Source: an uncultured Gammaproteobacteria bacterium
GTDB taxonomy: Bacteria > Patescibacteriota > Patescibacteriia > Magasanikbacterales > UBA922
Length of the DNA stretch: 64,000 nt
Assembly (NCBI GenBank): GCA_964612105.1
Contig: CAZTEU010000001.1
Coordinates: 79,115 to 143,114 of the forward strand
Direction: 5' to 3'
The notes under the pieces were generated by a model. It was not told where the DNA came from and ran no database searches. It saw only the letters and a list, made by a program, of their open reading frames with translations. The position numbers and the translations under genes were made by a program. Below, piece by piece: positions 1-10,125 of the stretch (positions are counted from its first letter, which is position 1; the number at the start of each line of letters is the position of its first letter).

Positions 1-1729
1 TAGAATTGCATTTCTGCAATTAATTGATGGAAGTAGCTATCTTGTGTCTGCAGAAAGTAACAGAAGGCGAGCCTTACCAATTGTGTCTGAGAGGGGAACT
101 ATATACGATAGATCTGGGAACCAATTAACAGAAAATATCCCAAACTTTGCGCTAGCTCTAATCCCTCAGGATTTACCTAGGGACACTCTTGAAAGAGAGG
201 GGATTGTAAGGAAGCTTGCAGAACTAACAACACAGACCTCAGAAGAGATAAGGAATAAGCTCAAGAAATATGGAAACTATAGTTATGAATCAATAGTAAT
301 TCAAGAAGATTTGGATTACGACACTGCACTGCTCATACAAATTGAGGCTTCTGATCTTCCAGGAATCCACATTCAAAGAGGGAGCAAGAGGCTGTACAAT
401 AACGAAGAAGTAAAATCTATATCACACTTAATTGGCTATGAAGGGAAAATCTCCCCAGAAGATCTTAGTTTGCTATATGAACACGGATACCTTCCTTCAG
501 ATAGTGCAGGTAAGACTGGTGTAGAAAAAACATATGAAAATATATTACGCGGAAAATATGGTAAGAAACTAATCGAAGTAGATTCCAGAGGTAGGGAACA
601 GTTTGTTATTTCTGAAGAGCCACCAACGCCTGGATCAGACATATATCTTTCAATAGACATTGACGCACAAAAAAAATTAGAGGAAGTCATGTCTGCTAAT
701 ATGAAAATAGCCAACAAGAGCAGGGCATCTGGTATAGCACTAGACCCAAGGAATGGTGAGATTATAGCTATGGTAAGTTTACCAACATACGATAACAATC
801 ACTTTTCAGGAGGGGTTGATACGGAGCAATACAAACTTTATATAGACAATGAAGACAAACCACTTTTTAACAGAGCAGTTGGAGGTATGTATCCGTCTGG
901 ATCTACCATTAAACCAATAATTGCAGCGATTGCGCTCCAGGAGAAAATTATTACACAATTTACAACTTTTATGAGTACAGGTGGTCTTAGGGTGACTAGC
1001 TGGTATTTTCCAGACTGGAAGATAGGTGGGCACGGGTTAACAAAAGTAAGAAAGTCAATTGCAGAGTCTGTGAATACATTTTATTACTACATAGGGGGTG
1101 GTTATGATGATTTTGTAGGTCTTGGTGTAGATAAAATAACAGAGTATCTTAGAAAAATTGGATTTGCTAAGCCTTTAGGTATTGATATAACAGGTGAGCA
1201 AGCTGGTTTCTTGCCAAGTAAGCAGTGGAAGGAAGAAAAGAAAGGTGAGAGATGGTATGTTGGAGATACTTATAATTTATCTATTGGTCAAGGAGATATA
1301 TTAGTTACACCTCTACAGATTGCGAATATGACAGCTCAGATTGCGAATAGTGGAAAGTATTACAAACCACACGTTGTTAAAGAAATTGCCGATTATGAAA
1401 GTGGTAGGAAGATACCTGTAAATTACGAAGGATCAGGAGAGGGCATTATAGATTCTAGTCATTACCATACAGTTAGAATGGGGATGAGGGATTGTGTAAC
1501 ATATGGTTCGTGTATAAGACTCTCATCGTTACCTATTTCAGTAGCTGGTAAAACAGGAACTGCACAATGGCACAGTGAAAAGCTTAATCATGCTTGGTTT
1601 ACGTCCTTTGCGCCATTCAGAAATCCAGAGATAGTTGTTACTATAATAGTTGAAGAAGGTGAAGGTGGGGCTAAGCTTGCAGCCCCTATAGCTAATGATT
1701 TTTATAAATGGTGGGTAAACAATAGATAG
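1..1729 (+). CDS. Penicillin-binding protein 2-type transpeptidase (PBP2/FtsI family), 5' end beyond window edge
   Basis: The 561-aa ORF begins with GTG at 44, but the frame stays open back to nt 2, so the N-terminal TM anchor is probably upstream of the window. Transpeptidase motifs S-T-I-K (SxxK) and K-T-G-T are present, and the N-terminal RGxIYDRSG dimerisation-domain motif is also present. Confidence 0.8.
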   Translation, partial: RIAFLQLIDGSSYLVSAESNRRRALPIVSERGTIYDRSGNQLTENIPNFALALIPQDLPRDTLEREGIVRKLAELTTQTSEEIRNKLKKYGNYSYESIVIQEDLDYDTALLIQIEASDLPGIHIQRGSKRLYNNEEVKSISHLIGYEGKISPEDLSLLYEHGYLPSDSAGKTGVEKTYENILRGKYGKKLIEVDSRGREQFVISEEPPTPGSDIYLSIDIDAQKKLEEVMSANMKIANKSRASGIALDPRNGEIIAMVSLPTYDNNHFSGGVDTEQYKLYIDNEDKPLFNRAVGGMYPSGSTIKPIIAAIALQEKIITQFTTFMSTGGLRVTSWYFPDWKIGGHGLTKVRKSIAESVNTFYYYIGGGYDDFVGLGVDKITEYLRKIGFAKPLGIDITGEQAGFLPSKQWKEEKKGERWYVGDTYNLSIGQGDILVTPLQIANMTAQIANSGKYYKPHVVKEIADYESGRKIPVNYEGSGEGIIDSSHYHTVRMGMRDCVTYGSCIRLSSLPISVAGKTGTAQWHSEKLNHAWFTSFAPFRNPEIVVTIIVEEGEGGAKLAAPIANDFYKWWVNNR

Positions 1730-1781
1730 ATATTTGACTCAAGTTAAATGATGCTATATTATATAGTGTACCGCTTAAATA

Positions 1782-2258
1782 ATGATAAATATTATGACAA
1801 AAGAGCAATACCTGTCACAGGAGAAATTTAATGAGCTAAAATCAGAGAGAGAAAGGCTCAAAAAAGAGGATATACCGGGACTAGCAAAAAGGATTGATGA
1901 TGCAAGGCAAATGGGGGATTTGTCGGAAAATGCTGAGTATCATGCTGCGAGAGAAGATATGTCTTGGGCACAAAGTAGGGTAAAACAGATTGATAGTATT
2001 TTGGACAGTGCTGAAATAATCGACAAAGGTAGCTCAGACGGAACTGTAGGGATAGGATCATCTATAACTGTACTTTCTGAGAATGCAGGAGAAAAGATAT
2101 TTACAATTGTTGGTGCGCAAGAGGCAGACCCAATGAATGGTAAGATATCAAACGAATCACCATTAGGTAGTGCTTTCCTAGGAAGGGCTGAAGGAGATGA
2201 AGTAGAGGTTGAAGCACCGGCTGGCATACAGAGATATATCCTTAAAAAAATCGTGTAA
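1782..2258 (+). CDS. greA: Transcription elongation factor GreA
   Basis: GreA-like N-terminal coiled coil with the typical acidic tip (DLSENAEYHAARE) and a C-terminal FKBP-like domain. The likely true start is ATG at 1794 (MTKEQYL). Confidence 0.85.
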   Translation: MINIMTKEQYLSQEKFNELKSERERLKKEDIPGLAKRIDDARQMGDLSENAEYHAAREDMSWAQSRVKQIDSILDSAEIIDKGSSDGTVGIGSSITVLSENAGEKIFTIVGAQEADPMNGKISNESPLGSAFLGRAEGDEVEVEAPAGIQRYILKKIV

Positions 2259-2287
2259 AATCCCCTAAAAATGGGGATTTTTTTATT
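2259..2287 (+). terminator. Rho-independent terminator after greA
   Basis: Hairpin atcccc-taaaaat-ggggat followed by a T7 run. Confidence 0.7.
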
Positions 2288-2351
2288 CTTGTAAACTTTC
2301 TATTGTTTTGGTACAATTAAAACATCTAATTTGCCATAAATAAGCCAAATT

Positions 2352-3812
2352 ATGGATGTAAACATAAATGATGAGAGGTCAGTTAGGTTTCAGAAACTTG
2401 AAAATCTGAAATCAGAAAAAATTGATCCTTACCCAGCTAAAACAAAGCGGAAGCATTCTATAGAGACTGCTAGAAGCAAAAAAGAAGACCAGCGAGTACT
2501 TGTTGCTGGTCGAATTATGATGAAGAGGGAGTTTGGAAAACTTATATTCTGTCAGCTTCAAGATGAGTCTGGAAGAATGCAAATTGCATTAAAGCAGAAT
2601 GAAATGAGTGTTAAGCAGTATAAACTTTTTGAAAAAAAGGTTGATATAGGTGATATTGTAGAAGTACAAGGTACTAGGTTTAAGACCCATAAGGGCGAGG
2701 AATCAATTTTAGTTAAGAAGTGGGTACTACTTTCAAAAGCATTAAGACCTCTTCCAGATAAATTTCATGGACTAAGTGATGATGAAACAAGGCTGAGAAA
2801 AAGATATTTAGAGCTAATGACCGACAAGGAGGTAAGAGATTTATTCTATAAAAAATCCGTCTTTTGGCAAAGTGTTAGACAACATTTACTGAAAAAAGGG
2901 TTTTTGGAGGTTGAGACTCCAGTCCTTGAAACCTCTTCAGGAGGAGCAGAAGCAAATCCATTTGTAACTCATCATGACGCCTTGGACATAGATGTGTTTC
3001 TAAGAATTTCTATGGGCGAACTTTGGCAAAAGCGTCTCATGGTTGGAGGTTTTGAAAAAACATTTGAAATTGGTAGACAGTTTCGTAATGAAGGTATGAG
3101 TAGAGAACACCTACAGGATTATACGCAAATGGAGTTTTACTGGGCATATGCAGACTATAATGATGGGATGAAGTTAGTAGAAGAAATGTGTAAAGAGGTC
3201 GCTAAAAAAACATTCGGAAGTTTGGTTTTTAATATAGGCGAATTTAAAGATATAAATTTGGATCAGGAATGGAAAAAGATAAGTTACATTGATGCAATTA
3301 AAAACCATTTTAAAATAGATGTAATTGAGTCCTCAGAAGAAGAGATTAAGTCGTTATTAAAAAAAGAAGGAGTTAGATATGAATCTCACTCAGGAAAAGG
3401 TAGGTTAATTGATTTATTGTGGAAACAGGTGCGGAAGACCATCGAAGGTCCTGTATTTGTAGTAGATCTTCCAGTATTAGTATCGCCACTTGCTAAAAGA
3501 AAAGCTGACAACAAAGAACTTACAGAGAGATATCAAATTCTAATTGCGGGTAGTGAGTTGGGAAATGGATATACCGAGTTAAATGACCCTATTGATCAAG
3601 CAGAGAGGTTTGCTGAGCAGTCGAAATTACGAGAAGCCGGAGACACAGAGGCGCAGATGCATGACAAAGACTTTGTGGAAGCGCTTGAGTATGGAATGCC
3701 CCCCACAACAGGATTTGGATTCTCAGAAAGGTTATTCTCTTTTCTAGCAGACAAACCAATAAGGGAGTGTGTTCTATTTCCTCTAATGAAGCCAGAGGTA
3801 GAAGCTGAGTAA
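2352..3812 (+). CDS. lysS: Lysyl-tRNA synthetase (class II)
   Basis: N-terminal OB anticodon-binding domain and class II core motifs, including the FRNEG motif-2 region and the C-terminal GxGxGxxR-like GFGFSERL. Confidence 0.9.
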   Translation: MDVNINDERSVRFQKLENLKSEKIDPYPAKTKRKHSIETARSKKEDQRVLVAGRIMMKREFGKLIFCQLQDESGRMQIALKQNEMSVKQYKLFEKKVDIGDIVEVQGTRFKTHKGEESILVKKWVLLSKALRPLPDKFHGLSDDETRLRKRYLELMTDKEVRDLFYKKSVFWQSVRQHLLKKGFLEVETPVLETSSGGAEANPFVTHHDALDIDVFLRISMGELWQKRLMVGGFEKTFEIGRQFRNEGMSREHLQDYTQMEFYWAYADYNDGMKLVEEMCKEVAKKTFGSLVFNIGEFKDINLDQEWKKISYIDAIKNHFKIDVIESSEEEIKSLLKKEGVRYESHSGKGRLIDLLWKQVRKTIEGPVFVVDLPVLVSPLAKRKADNKELTERYQILIAGSELGNGYTELNDPIDQAERFAEQSKLREAGDTEAQMHDKDFVEALEYGMPPTTGFGFSERLFSFLADKPIRECVLFPLMKPEVEAE

Positions 3813-3819
3813 TTACTAT

Positions 3820-4239
3820 ATGGAAAAAGTTCTGATATTTGGATCATTTGATATTTTGCATTTTGGACACATTCATTTGTTTAAACATGCTAGCGAATAT
3901 GGTGATTCACTATCAGTAGTTGTCGCACGCGAAGAAAACATCAAGAAACATAAAAAACTAGAGCCATTCCACACAGAGAAAGAAAGGGTGGATATGCTCA
4001 AAAGCATATCAATCATTGACGAAGTTCTACTTGGAGATGAGGATGATGTGTACAAAATAATAGATGAAGTACGTCCCAATACTATAGCCCTAGGCTATGA
4101 TCAGAGACTGTTTGTGGATAAGATAGCTGAGAAAATTACAGAGTATGGGCTTAACACAAGAATAGTTAGAATTCCTGCATACCGACCAGATCACTGCAAA
4201 ACAAACAATATTAGAGTGCATCTAAATAAGAGCGTGTAA
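3820..4239 (+). CDS. RibL-like CTP/ATP-dependent FMN adenylyltransferase (archaeal-type FAD synthase, cytidylyltransferase fold)
   Basis: 139 aa with GSFDILHFGH (a (T/H)xGH nucleotidyltransferase motif) and VVAREE. Colinear with archaeal RibL (GTFDILHPGH...VARDE). Confidence 0.6.
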   Translation: MEKVLIFGSFDILHFGHIHLFKHASEYGDSLSVVVAREENIKKHKKLEPFHTEKERVDMLKSISIIDEVLLGDEDDVYKIIDEVRPNTIALGYDQRLFVDKIAEKITEYGLNTRIVRIPAYRPDHCKTNNIRVHLNKSV

Positions 4240-4240
4240 A

Positions 4241-5281
4241 ATGAAATTACTCATAGGAAGTACAAATAGCGGAAAAGTAGAGGAATATATTGATGCACTA
4301 AAATCATTACCCTTTGAAATAATTGGGCTTAGTGATTTAGATAGTAATATTCCAGAGCCAGAGGAACCTTTTGATGATTTAGTTTCAAATGCCATACATA
4401 AAGCCAAGTACTATGGGGATAAAACAAACCTGCTGACTTTGGCTGACGATACTGGACTATTTGTAAACTCTCTAGATGGCTGGCCTGGGACACACTCTTC
4501 TAGAATTGCAAATACCGATGATGAGAGATGTGACTTACTCCTCGAGAAGATGAAAGGTGTCCCAAAATCCAAAAGAGAAGCAAAGTTCATGGGCGCACTT
4601 GCGCTCCATGATCCAAACTCAAATGATACTTTTATAGCTCAGGCAGAACATGCTGGTGAGATATTATTAGAAAAAGCGAGTAATGGAAAAAATGGATTCG
4701 GATATGACCCATTATTCTACATCAAAGAAGAGGATAGAACTTATTCTGAAATGACAAAGCCCGAAAAATCCAGTATTAGCTGGCGTGGAAAAGCAATTAA
4801 GAGGGTGGAGTACTTTTTAAACAAGCAGTACGGTGTCAAGCAGATTGTTGTACCTATGGGTATCATAGTGAATGATGAAGGTAAGATACTAATGTCACTT
4901 AGAAATGATCCGCATAATCTAGAGTTCCACAAAAAGTGGGAATTTCCAGGTGGAACTTTGGAGCAGGATGAAAGTATAGAGGATAATCTACTTAGAGAAG
5001 TCAAAGAAGAGGTTGGATATGACATAAAAATAGAGAAATTATTACAAAGAGTAATAACAAAATCAGTATCACCAACAGAAGGTTACACCTATCAGGTATG
5101 CTTACTTCCAGTAATTTGTACAATATTAGAGGGTAATGGAGAATCGGACGATCAAGAAATACTAGAAACCAGATGGATTGTGCCTGACGAAATGAAAGAA
5201 TTGGATCTACTAGGATCCATAGATATCGAGTTACTGTCCGAAATAAAAGAATCAATTAAAGAATTGAGACTAATAAAATAG
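4241..5281 (+). CDS. Fusion protein: Ham1/RdgB-family non-canonical NTP pyrophosphatase (N-terminal) + NUDIX hydrolase (C-terminal)
   Basis: The N-terminal ~190 aa have an ITPase-like pattern (GSTNSGK, ..DTGL...PG..S.R, FGYDP.F). The C-terminal ~140 aa carry a Nudix box GGTLEQDESIEDNLLREVKEEVGY. Confidence 0.7.
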   Translation: MKLLIGSTNSGKVEEYIDALKSLPFEIIGLSDLDSNIPEPEEPFDDLVSNAIHKAKYYGDKTNLLTLADDTGLFVNSLDGWPGTHSSRIANTDDERCDLLLEKMKGVPKSKREAKFMGALALHDPNSNDTFIAQAEHAGEILLEKASNGKNGFGYDPLFYIKEEDRTYSEMTKPEKSSISWRGKAIKRVEYFLNKQYGVKQIVVPMGIIVNDEGKILMSLRNDPHNLEFHKKWEFPGGTLEQDESIEDNLLREVKEEVGYDIKIEKLLQRVITKSVSPTEGYTYQVCLLPVICTILEGNGESDDQEILETRWIVPDEMKELDLLGSIDIELLSEIKESIKELRLIK

Positions 5282-5282
5282 T

Positions 5283-6542
5283 ATGTTAGATATAAATTTC
5301 ATTAGAGAAAACTTAGATTCTATTAAAAAGAATATTTCAAATCGTAGAATGAATGTTGATTTGACAAGACTAATAGAACTAGATGATTTTCGACGAGAAT
5401 CAATAATTCAGATTGAAAAATTGAGAAACGTTCGTAATTCTGGATCCAAAACTAAACCAAGTGAAGATGAAATTTCAAAAATGAGAGAAATTGGTGGGCA
5501 GATTAAAGCTCTTGAACTAAAACTAGATGAAATCTACCCAGAATACATAGAAATCTTAACAAGTGTTCCAAATATTACACACCCAGATGCTCCGGTCGGA
5601 GAAGAGAAGGATTTTGCTGTGCTTGAAAAGAAAGGTAATATCCCTACGTTTGTGTTTGATGCAAAGACACACGATGTTCTTATGCAGGATTTGGACTTAA
5701 TTGACTTTGAAAGAGGTGCAAAGGTGGCAGGATCTAAATACTACTACTCAAAAGGGGATTTAGTGAGATTGAATCAAGCATTGCTAAATTATGCTATTGA
5801 TATAACAACAAAACATGGTTATCTCCTAATTGAAACCCCTGATGTTGCAAAGCATGATATTCTTGCCGGTGTTGGATTTAATCCAAGAGGAAAAGAGACA
5901 CAGATATACTCTATAGAGAACACAGATCTTGGCCTAATAGGAACTGCTGAAATTACTGTGGGAGGTTATCATAAAGATGAAATACTAGACCTTGGAGATG
6001 GTCCAAAAAAATATGTTGCTCTCTCACACTGCTTTAGAACTGAGGCAGGCGCATATGGTTCTGCAAACAAAGGTTTATATAGAGTACATCAATTCACAAA
6101 ACTAGAGATGTTCGTTTATTGTAAACCAAATGATAGCGAAGAGCTACACAACGAGATTTTAGAGATTGAGAAAGAGATTTGTGATGGTCTTGAGCTTGCA
6201 TATAGAGTAATAGATACCCCAACAGCAGACTTAGGGGCTCCAGCATATAGAAAGTACGATATAGAGGCATTTATGGTTATGAAAAATGAGGATGGGGATG
6301 GTTATGGAGAGATAACAAGTACAAGCAACTGTACGGATTATCAAGCCAGAAGTTTAAACATCAAATATAAGGATGAGAATGGGAATAAATCCTATGTGCA
6401 TACTTTAAATGGCACTGCTGTCGTAATGAGTAGATTCCCACTGGCTATTTTTGAACAAAAACAACTGGATGATGGAAGTATTGAAATTCCAAAAGCGCTA
6501 GTTCCATATTTTGGAAAGGATAAGATAGTTAAAAATGGATAA
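5283..6542 (+). CDS. serS: Seryl-tRNA synthetase
   Basis: N-terminal coiled-coil arm, class II core and a typical SerRS C-terminus. Confidence 0.9.
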   Translation: MLDINFIRENLDSIKKNISNRRMNVDLTRLIELDDFRRESIIQIEKLRNVRNSGSKTKPSEDEISKMREIGGQIKALELKLDEIYPEYIEILTSVPNITHPDAPVGEEKDFAVLEKKGNIPTFVFDAKTHDVLMQDLDLIDFERGAKVAGSKYYYSKGDLVRLNQALLNYAIDITTKHGYLLIETPDVAKHDILAGVGFNPRGKETQIYSIENTDLGLIGTAEITVGGYHKDEILDLGDGPKKYVALSHCFRTEAGAYGSANKGLYRVHQFTKLEMFVYCKPNDSEELHNEILEIEKEICDGLELAYRVIDTPTADLGAPAYRKYDIEAFMVMKNEDGDGYGEITSTSNCTDYQARSLNIKYKDENGNKSYVHTLNGTAVVMSRFPLAIFEQKQLDDGSIEIPKALVPYFGKDKIVKNG

Positions 6543-7269
6543 GAAAAATACCACACTTTTTATACTCCCTGGGTGGGGTGGTAGTGAAACAACCTGGAAA
6601 CCCTTTATTAAGGTAGCTAAAAAAGATTTTGATGATGTTGTATGCATTAATCTACCTTGTTTTGGAGATGAGCCTTGCCCAAAGAACCCGTATGGTGTGA
6701 AAGGGTATTCGAAATTTGTTGAAAAGAATATAAAAGAATATAAATCTAATAACAAAAACAATAAGATTTTTTTACTGGGACACTCTTTCGGAGGGCAGGT
6801 TGCAACACAATTACTTTCTACAAATCAGGATATTGTAGATCACCTAATTCTTGTTGGCGCTGCAGTTATTAGGCCCAAAAAATACCTTAGACGAGGTATT
6901 TTATTGGTTATTTCGAAGCTGGGTTTTATAATATTTCAAATACCCTTTTTATCAAGGTTTTTTAGCATAGCCAGGGGTCTGCTGTACAGAATCATAGGTT
7001 CTCCTGACTATGCAAAGACATCTGGAGTTCAAAAAGAGGTATTTAAGATAGTTACAAGAGAGGATTTAACAAGTAAGCTTATAAAAATAAAGGTCCCCAC
7101 TACAGTTATATGGGGGGATAAAGACACTTATACAAGGTTGACATATGGTAAGATTATTGCCAAACTAATACCTAGATCAACATTAGTAGTTATAAAGGGG
7201 GGAAAACACGGTCTACATATTGACAAGACTAACGAGCTTATCAAACACATCAGGAAATTATGCTATTAG
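6535..7269 (+). CDS. Alpha/beta-hydrolase fold protein
   Basis: GHSFGG nucleophile-elbow motif in a ~240-aa protein; substrate unknown. Confidence 0.55.
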   Translation: MDKKNTTLFILPGWGGSETTWKPFIKVAKKDFDDVVCINLPCFGDEPCPKNPYGVKGYSKFVEKNIKEYKSNNKNNKIFLLGHSFGGQVATQLLSTNQDIVDHLILVGAAVIRPKKYLRRGILLVISKLGFIIFQIPFLSRFFSIARGLLYRIIGSPDYAKTSGVQKEVFKIVTREDLTSKLIKIKVPTTVIWGDKDTYTRLTYGKIIAKLIPRSTLVVIKGGKHGLHIDKTNELIKHIRKLCY

Positions 7270-8903
7270 AAATCTTAGAATTTACACTTCTATCTCCACT
7301 GAACATGGCCATATTTGTGTTGTGGTTATTTAGTGCTTTCTTTGATTATGGAGAGCTGATATACATTGCACAACTAAAGGAATATAGACTAGATAGATTC
7401 AAGGACTTCCTATCTACAAAGCAAGGTAGAAAATTCTGGTTCAGGTATGCAAGGATGATGAGAATTATATTTGCTTTCGTTGCTCTACTCTGGCCAATTA
7501 ACGACATACCAACAATGAAATATATGTTGGTATCATTACTTATTGTGGATATAACTTATGCTATGTATGGGGGTCTTAAATATCACCTGACCAGGCCAGT
7601 ACTAACATTAAAAGTAGTAATAATATTTCTAGCCTCACTAGCAGTCGAAGGTCTGCTTTTGATAATAACTAGAGATTGGGCTTTACCATTTTTTGTGTTA
7701 ATAATTAGAACTTTCCTGCTTGCGACAGTTGTGTGGGTACTCTCTTTTCCTACAACATGGATTAAATACATAATAGTTGCAAAAGCCAAAAGGAAGATGG
7801 AAAGAAATAAGAAAGTGAAGGTGGTTGGAATTACTGGTAGTTATGGAAAATCAACAGTTAAGGAGTTTACAGCACAGCTATTGGTAAAAAAATACAAAGT
7901 TTTGAAAACACCGAAAAATATAAATACAGAAATAGGTATTGCAAAATTTATTTTGGAAAGTGATTTTAGTAATATTGATATATTCGTAGTAGAAATGGGA
8001 GCATATACTATTGGTGAAATTAAGCTGATTAGTGAGATGGTTAAACCTACGGTAGGTGTATTAACAGCAATAAATGAACAGCATTTGTCACTTTTTGGAA
8101 GTATAGAAAACACAATAAAAGCTAAGTATGAATTATTGGAAGCGCTACCAAATGATGGTTTAGCTATAGTAAATGTTGACAACGAGCTTTGTAGAGAAGG
8201 ATTGAGCAGATTAAATACTAAAGTACGGACTTATGGATCTGACAGCGATTGTGCACCTACAGTTCGTATAATTAATGTAGAAAATATGAATGGTGGAGGA
8301 AGGATAGAAGGAAAAGTTGAATTCGATAATACTATCTACACAGTTGATCTTCCAATACTTGGAAAACATAATTTTTGGAACTTTGTCGCCGCAGGTCTTG
8401 TAGCCGGACATTTTGGTTTTACTTATGATGATATAAAAGATCAAACGAAGAACATTTCCTTACCAGAAAGGACTTTGGGTGAGTTTGAATATGGAAACTG
8501 TACAATTATTGATGACTCATACAACTCAAATCCAGACGGCTTCAAGGCTGCACTAGCACACCTTGGTACCTATTCTTCAACTAGGAAAAGAGTTGTAATC
8601 ACTCGTGGAATGTTGGAGCTTGGAGGTAAAAGTGAGGAGATCCATGAGCAAATTGCTGGAGAAATTGATTTTGTTACAGATGTGCTTGTAATAATTAATG
8701 AAGATTACTCCGATTCGCTACAGAAAGGTGTTGTTGGTAAATATCGTACTGATATTCTACTAAGATACGAGGATGAAAGTTTATTAAAATACATCAAATC
8801 TCTCAAGCATACGGACTCTGTGATTCTTCTAGAAAACAGAATTCCTCAAAAAGTCTACAATGAAATAACAGGAGCTACAAGAAAAAATCAAAATGACACT
8901 TAA
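7260..8903 (+). CDS. murF: UDP-MurNAc-tripeptide--D-Ala-D-Ala ligase (MurF-type Mur ligase) with an N-terminal ~180-aa polytopic membrane domain
   Basis: Mur ligase P-loop GITGSYGKST plus central and C-terminal Mur ligase domains. The N-terminus has 5-6 predicted TM helices, which cytoplasmic MurF proteins do not have. Confidence 0.65.
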   Translation: MLLEILEFTLLSPLNMAIFVLWLFSAFFDYGELIYIAQLKEYRLDRFKDFLSTKQGRKFWFRYARMMRIIFAFVALLWPINDIPTMKYMLVSLLIVDITYAMYGGLKYHLTRPVLTLKVVIIFLASLAVEGLLLIITRDWALPFFVLIIRTFLLATVVWVLSFPTTWIKYIIVAKAKRKMERNKKVKVVGITGSYGKSTVKEFTAQLLVKKYKVLKTPKNINTEIGIAKFILESDFSNIDIFVVEMGAYTIGEIKLISEMVKPTVGVLTAINEQHLSLFGSIENTIKAKYELLEALPNDGLAIVNVDNELCREGLSRLNTKVRTYGSDSDCAPTVRIINVENMNGGGRIEGKVEFDNTIYTVDLPILGKHNFWNFVAAGLVAGHFGFTYDDIKDQTKNISLPERTLGEFEYGNCTIIDDSYNSNPDGFKAALAHLGTYSSTRKRVVITRGMLELGGKSEEIHEQIAGEIDFVTDVLVIINEDYSDSLQKGVVGKYRTDILLRYEDESLLKYIKSLKHTDSVILLENRIPQKVYNEITGATRKNQNDT

Positions 8904-10125
8904 ACAACATTTCACAGGATTCTCACCAAACATAACACTTCGAGACACCATTGAAGCTGTTTTGTTTTTATTATTACCTTGGAGATGGTTAAAATGGAGA
9001 ACCGGAAGATCAACAATTCAGGCTGAGGCTTTAATTAAGAAGTACTTTGATACAGATAAAGCACTACTACTAGATAGTGGGCGTACAGCGCTGTATTTTG
9101 CTCTTAAGTCATTAGGAGTAGGGAAGGGGGATGAGGTTCTTGTACAAGCATATACATGTGTGGTTGTTATAAATGCAATAAAATGGACAGGGGCAAAGCC
9201 AGTATTTGTAGATATTGGAAATGATTTCTGCATGGATCCAGAAGACTTAACACGCAAAATCAGTAAAAATAGCAAAGTAGTAATAATTCAGCACACTTTC
9301 GGTAAACCAGCAGATGTTGAAAGAATTATAGAGATTGCTAAAGAAGGTGAAATTAAGACAATTGAAGATTGTGCGCATTCGCTTGGCGCAAGACATAAGG
9401 GTAAACTACTTGGAACGTTCTCAGATATTGGTATGTTTAGTTTTGGAAGTGATAAGGTTATCTCGTGCGTAAGAGGTGGTGCTTTAATTGCTAATGATGA
9501 AAATATTTATAATACATTGGTAAAATATAGAGAACAACTTCTCAAGACTCCAATTATTACTACCCTACAGCACCTAATGCACTTCCCTGTATTTATAGTA
9601 GGAAGAGCAACATACAGACTAGGATTTGGTAAATTACTGTTTTTTGTTTCAAAGAAACTAAGGATAATTAATAAAATTATATATAAGAAAGAGAAGGTGG
9701 GGGAGATGGTAAGTTTTTACCCAACTCTTATCCCAAATTGTCTTTCAAAAATACTAATTAACCAGTTAAGGGAGATAGATGAAGTAAATAACCACAGGAA
9801 AAAAATTGCTAAGATTTATGATAAGCAAATTTTGAATAATGATGATGTTGTGCTTCCCAAATATAACAATGAATCAATATATTTAAGATATACAATCCTC
9901 TCCGATAACCCATCTGCAATTGCAAGAAGGGCTAAAAAGAAAGGAATTATCCTTGGGGACTGGTATAATACAGTAATTGCTCCTAAGGACTCGGAAATCA
10001 GTAAAACTGGATATATTATAGGGTCATGTCCGAATGCAGAGAGACTATCTAATATGTCCATTAATTTACCAACTAATAGGCATATCACATTAGAAGATGC
10101 AAAATACATTGCAAATATATGCTAA
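8893..10125 (+). CDS. DegT/DnrJ/EryC1/StrS-family PLP-dependent aminotransferase (amino-sugar type)
   Basis: Fold-type I aminotransferase pattern; a conserved lysine region (SFGSDKVIS) is consistent with sugar aminotransferases. Confidence 0.6.
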   Translation: MTLKQHFTGFSPNITLRDTIEAVLFLLLPWRWLKWRTGRSTIQAEALIKKYFDTDKALLLDSGRTALYFALKSLGVGKGDEVLVQAYTCVVVINAIKWTGAKPVFVDIGNDFCMDPEDLTRKISKNSKVVIIQHTFGKPADVERIIEIAKEGEIKTIEDCAHSLGARHKGKLLGTFSDIGMFSFGSDKVISCVRGGALIANDENIYNTLVKYREQLLKTPIITTLQHLMHFPVFIVGRATYRLGFGKLLFFVSKKLRIINKIIYKKEKVGEMVSFYPTLIPNCLSKILINQLREIDEVNNHRKKIAKIYDKQILNNDDVVLPKYNNESIYLRYTILSDNPSAIARRAKKKGIILGDWYNTVIAPKDSEISKTGYIIGSCPNAERLSNMSINLPTNRHITLEDAKYIANIC

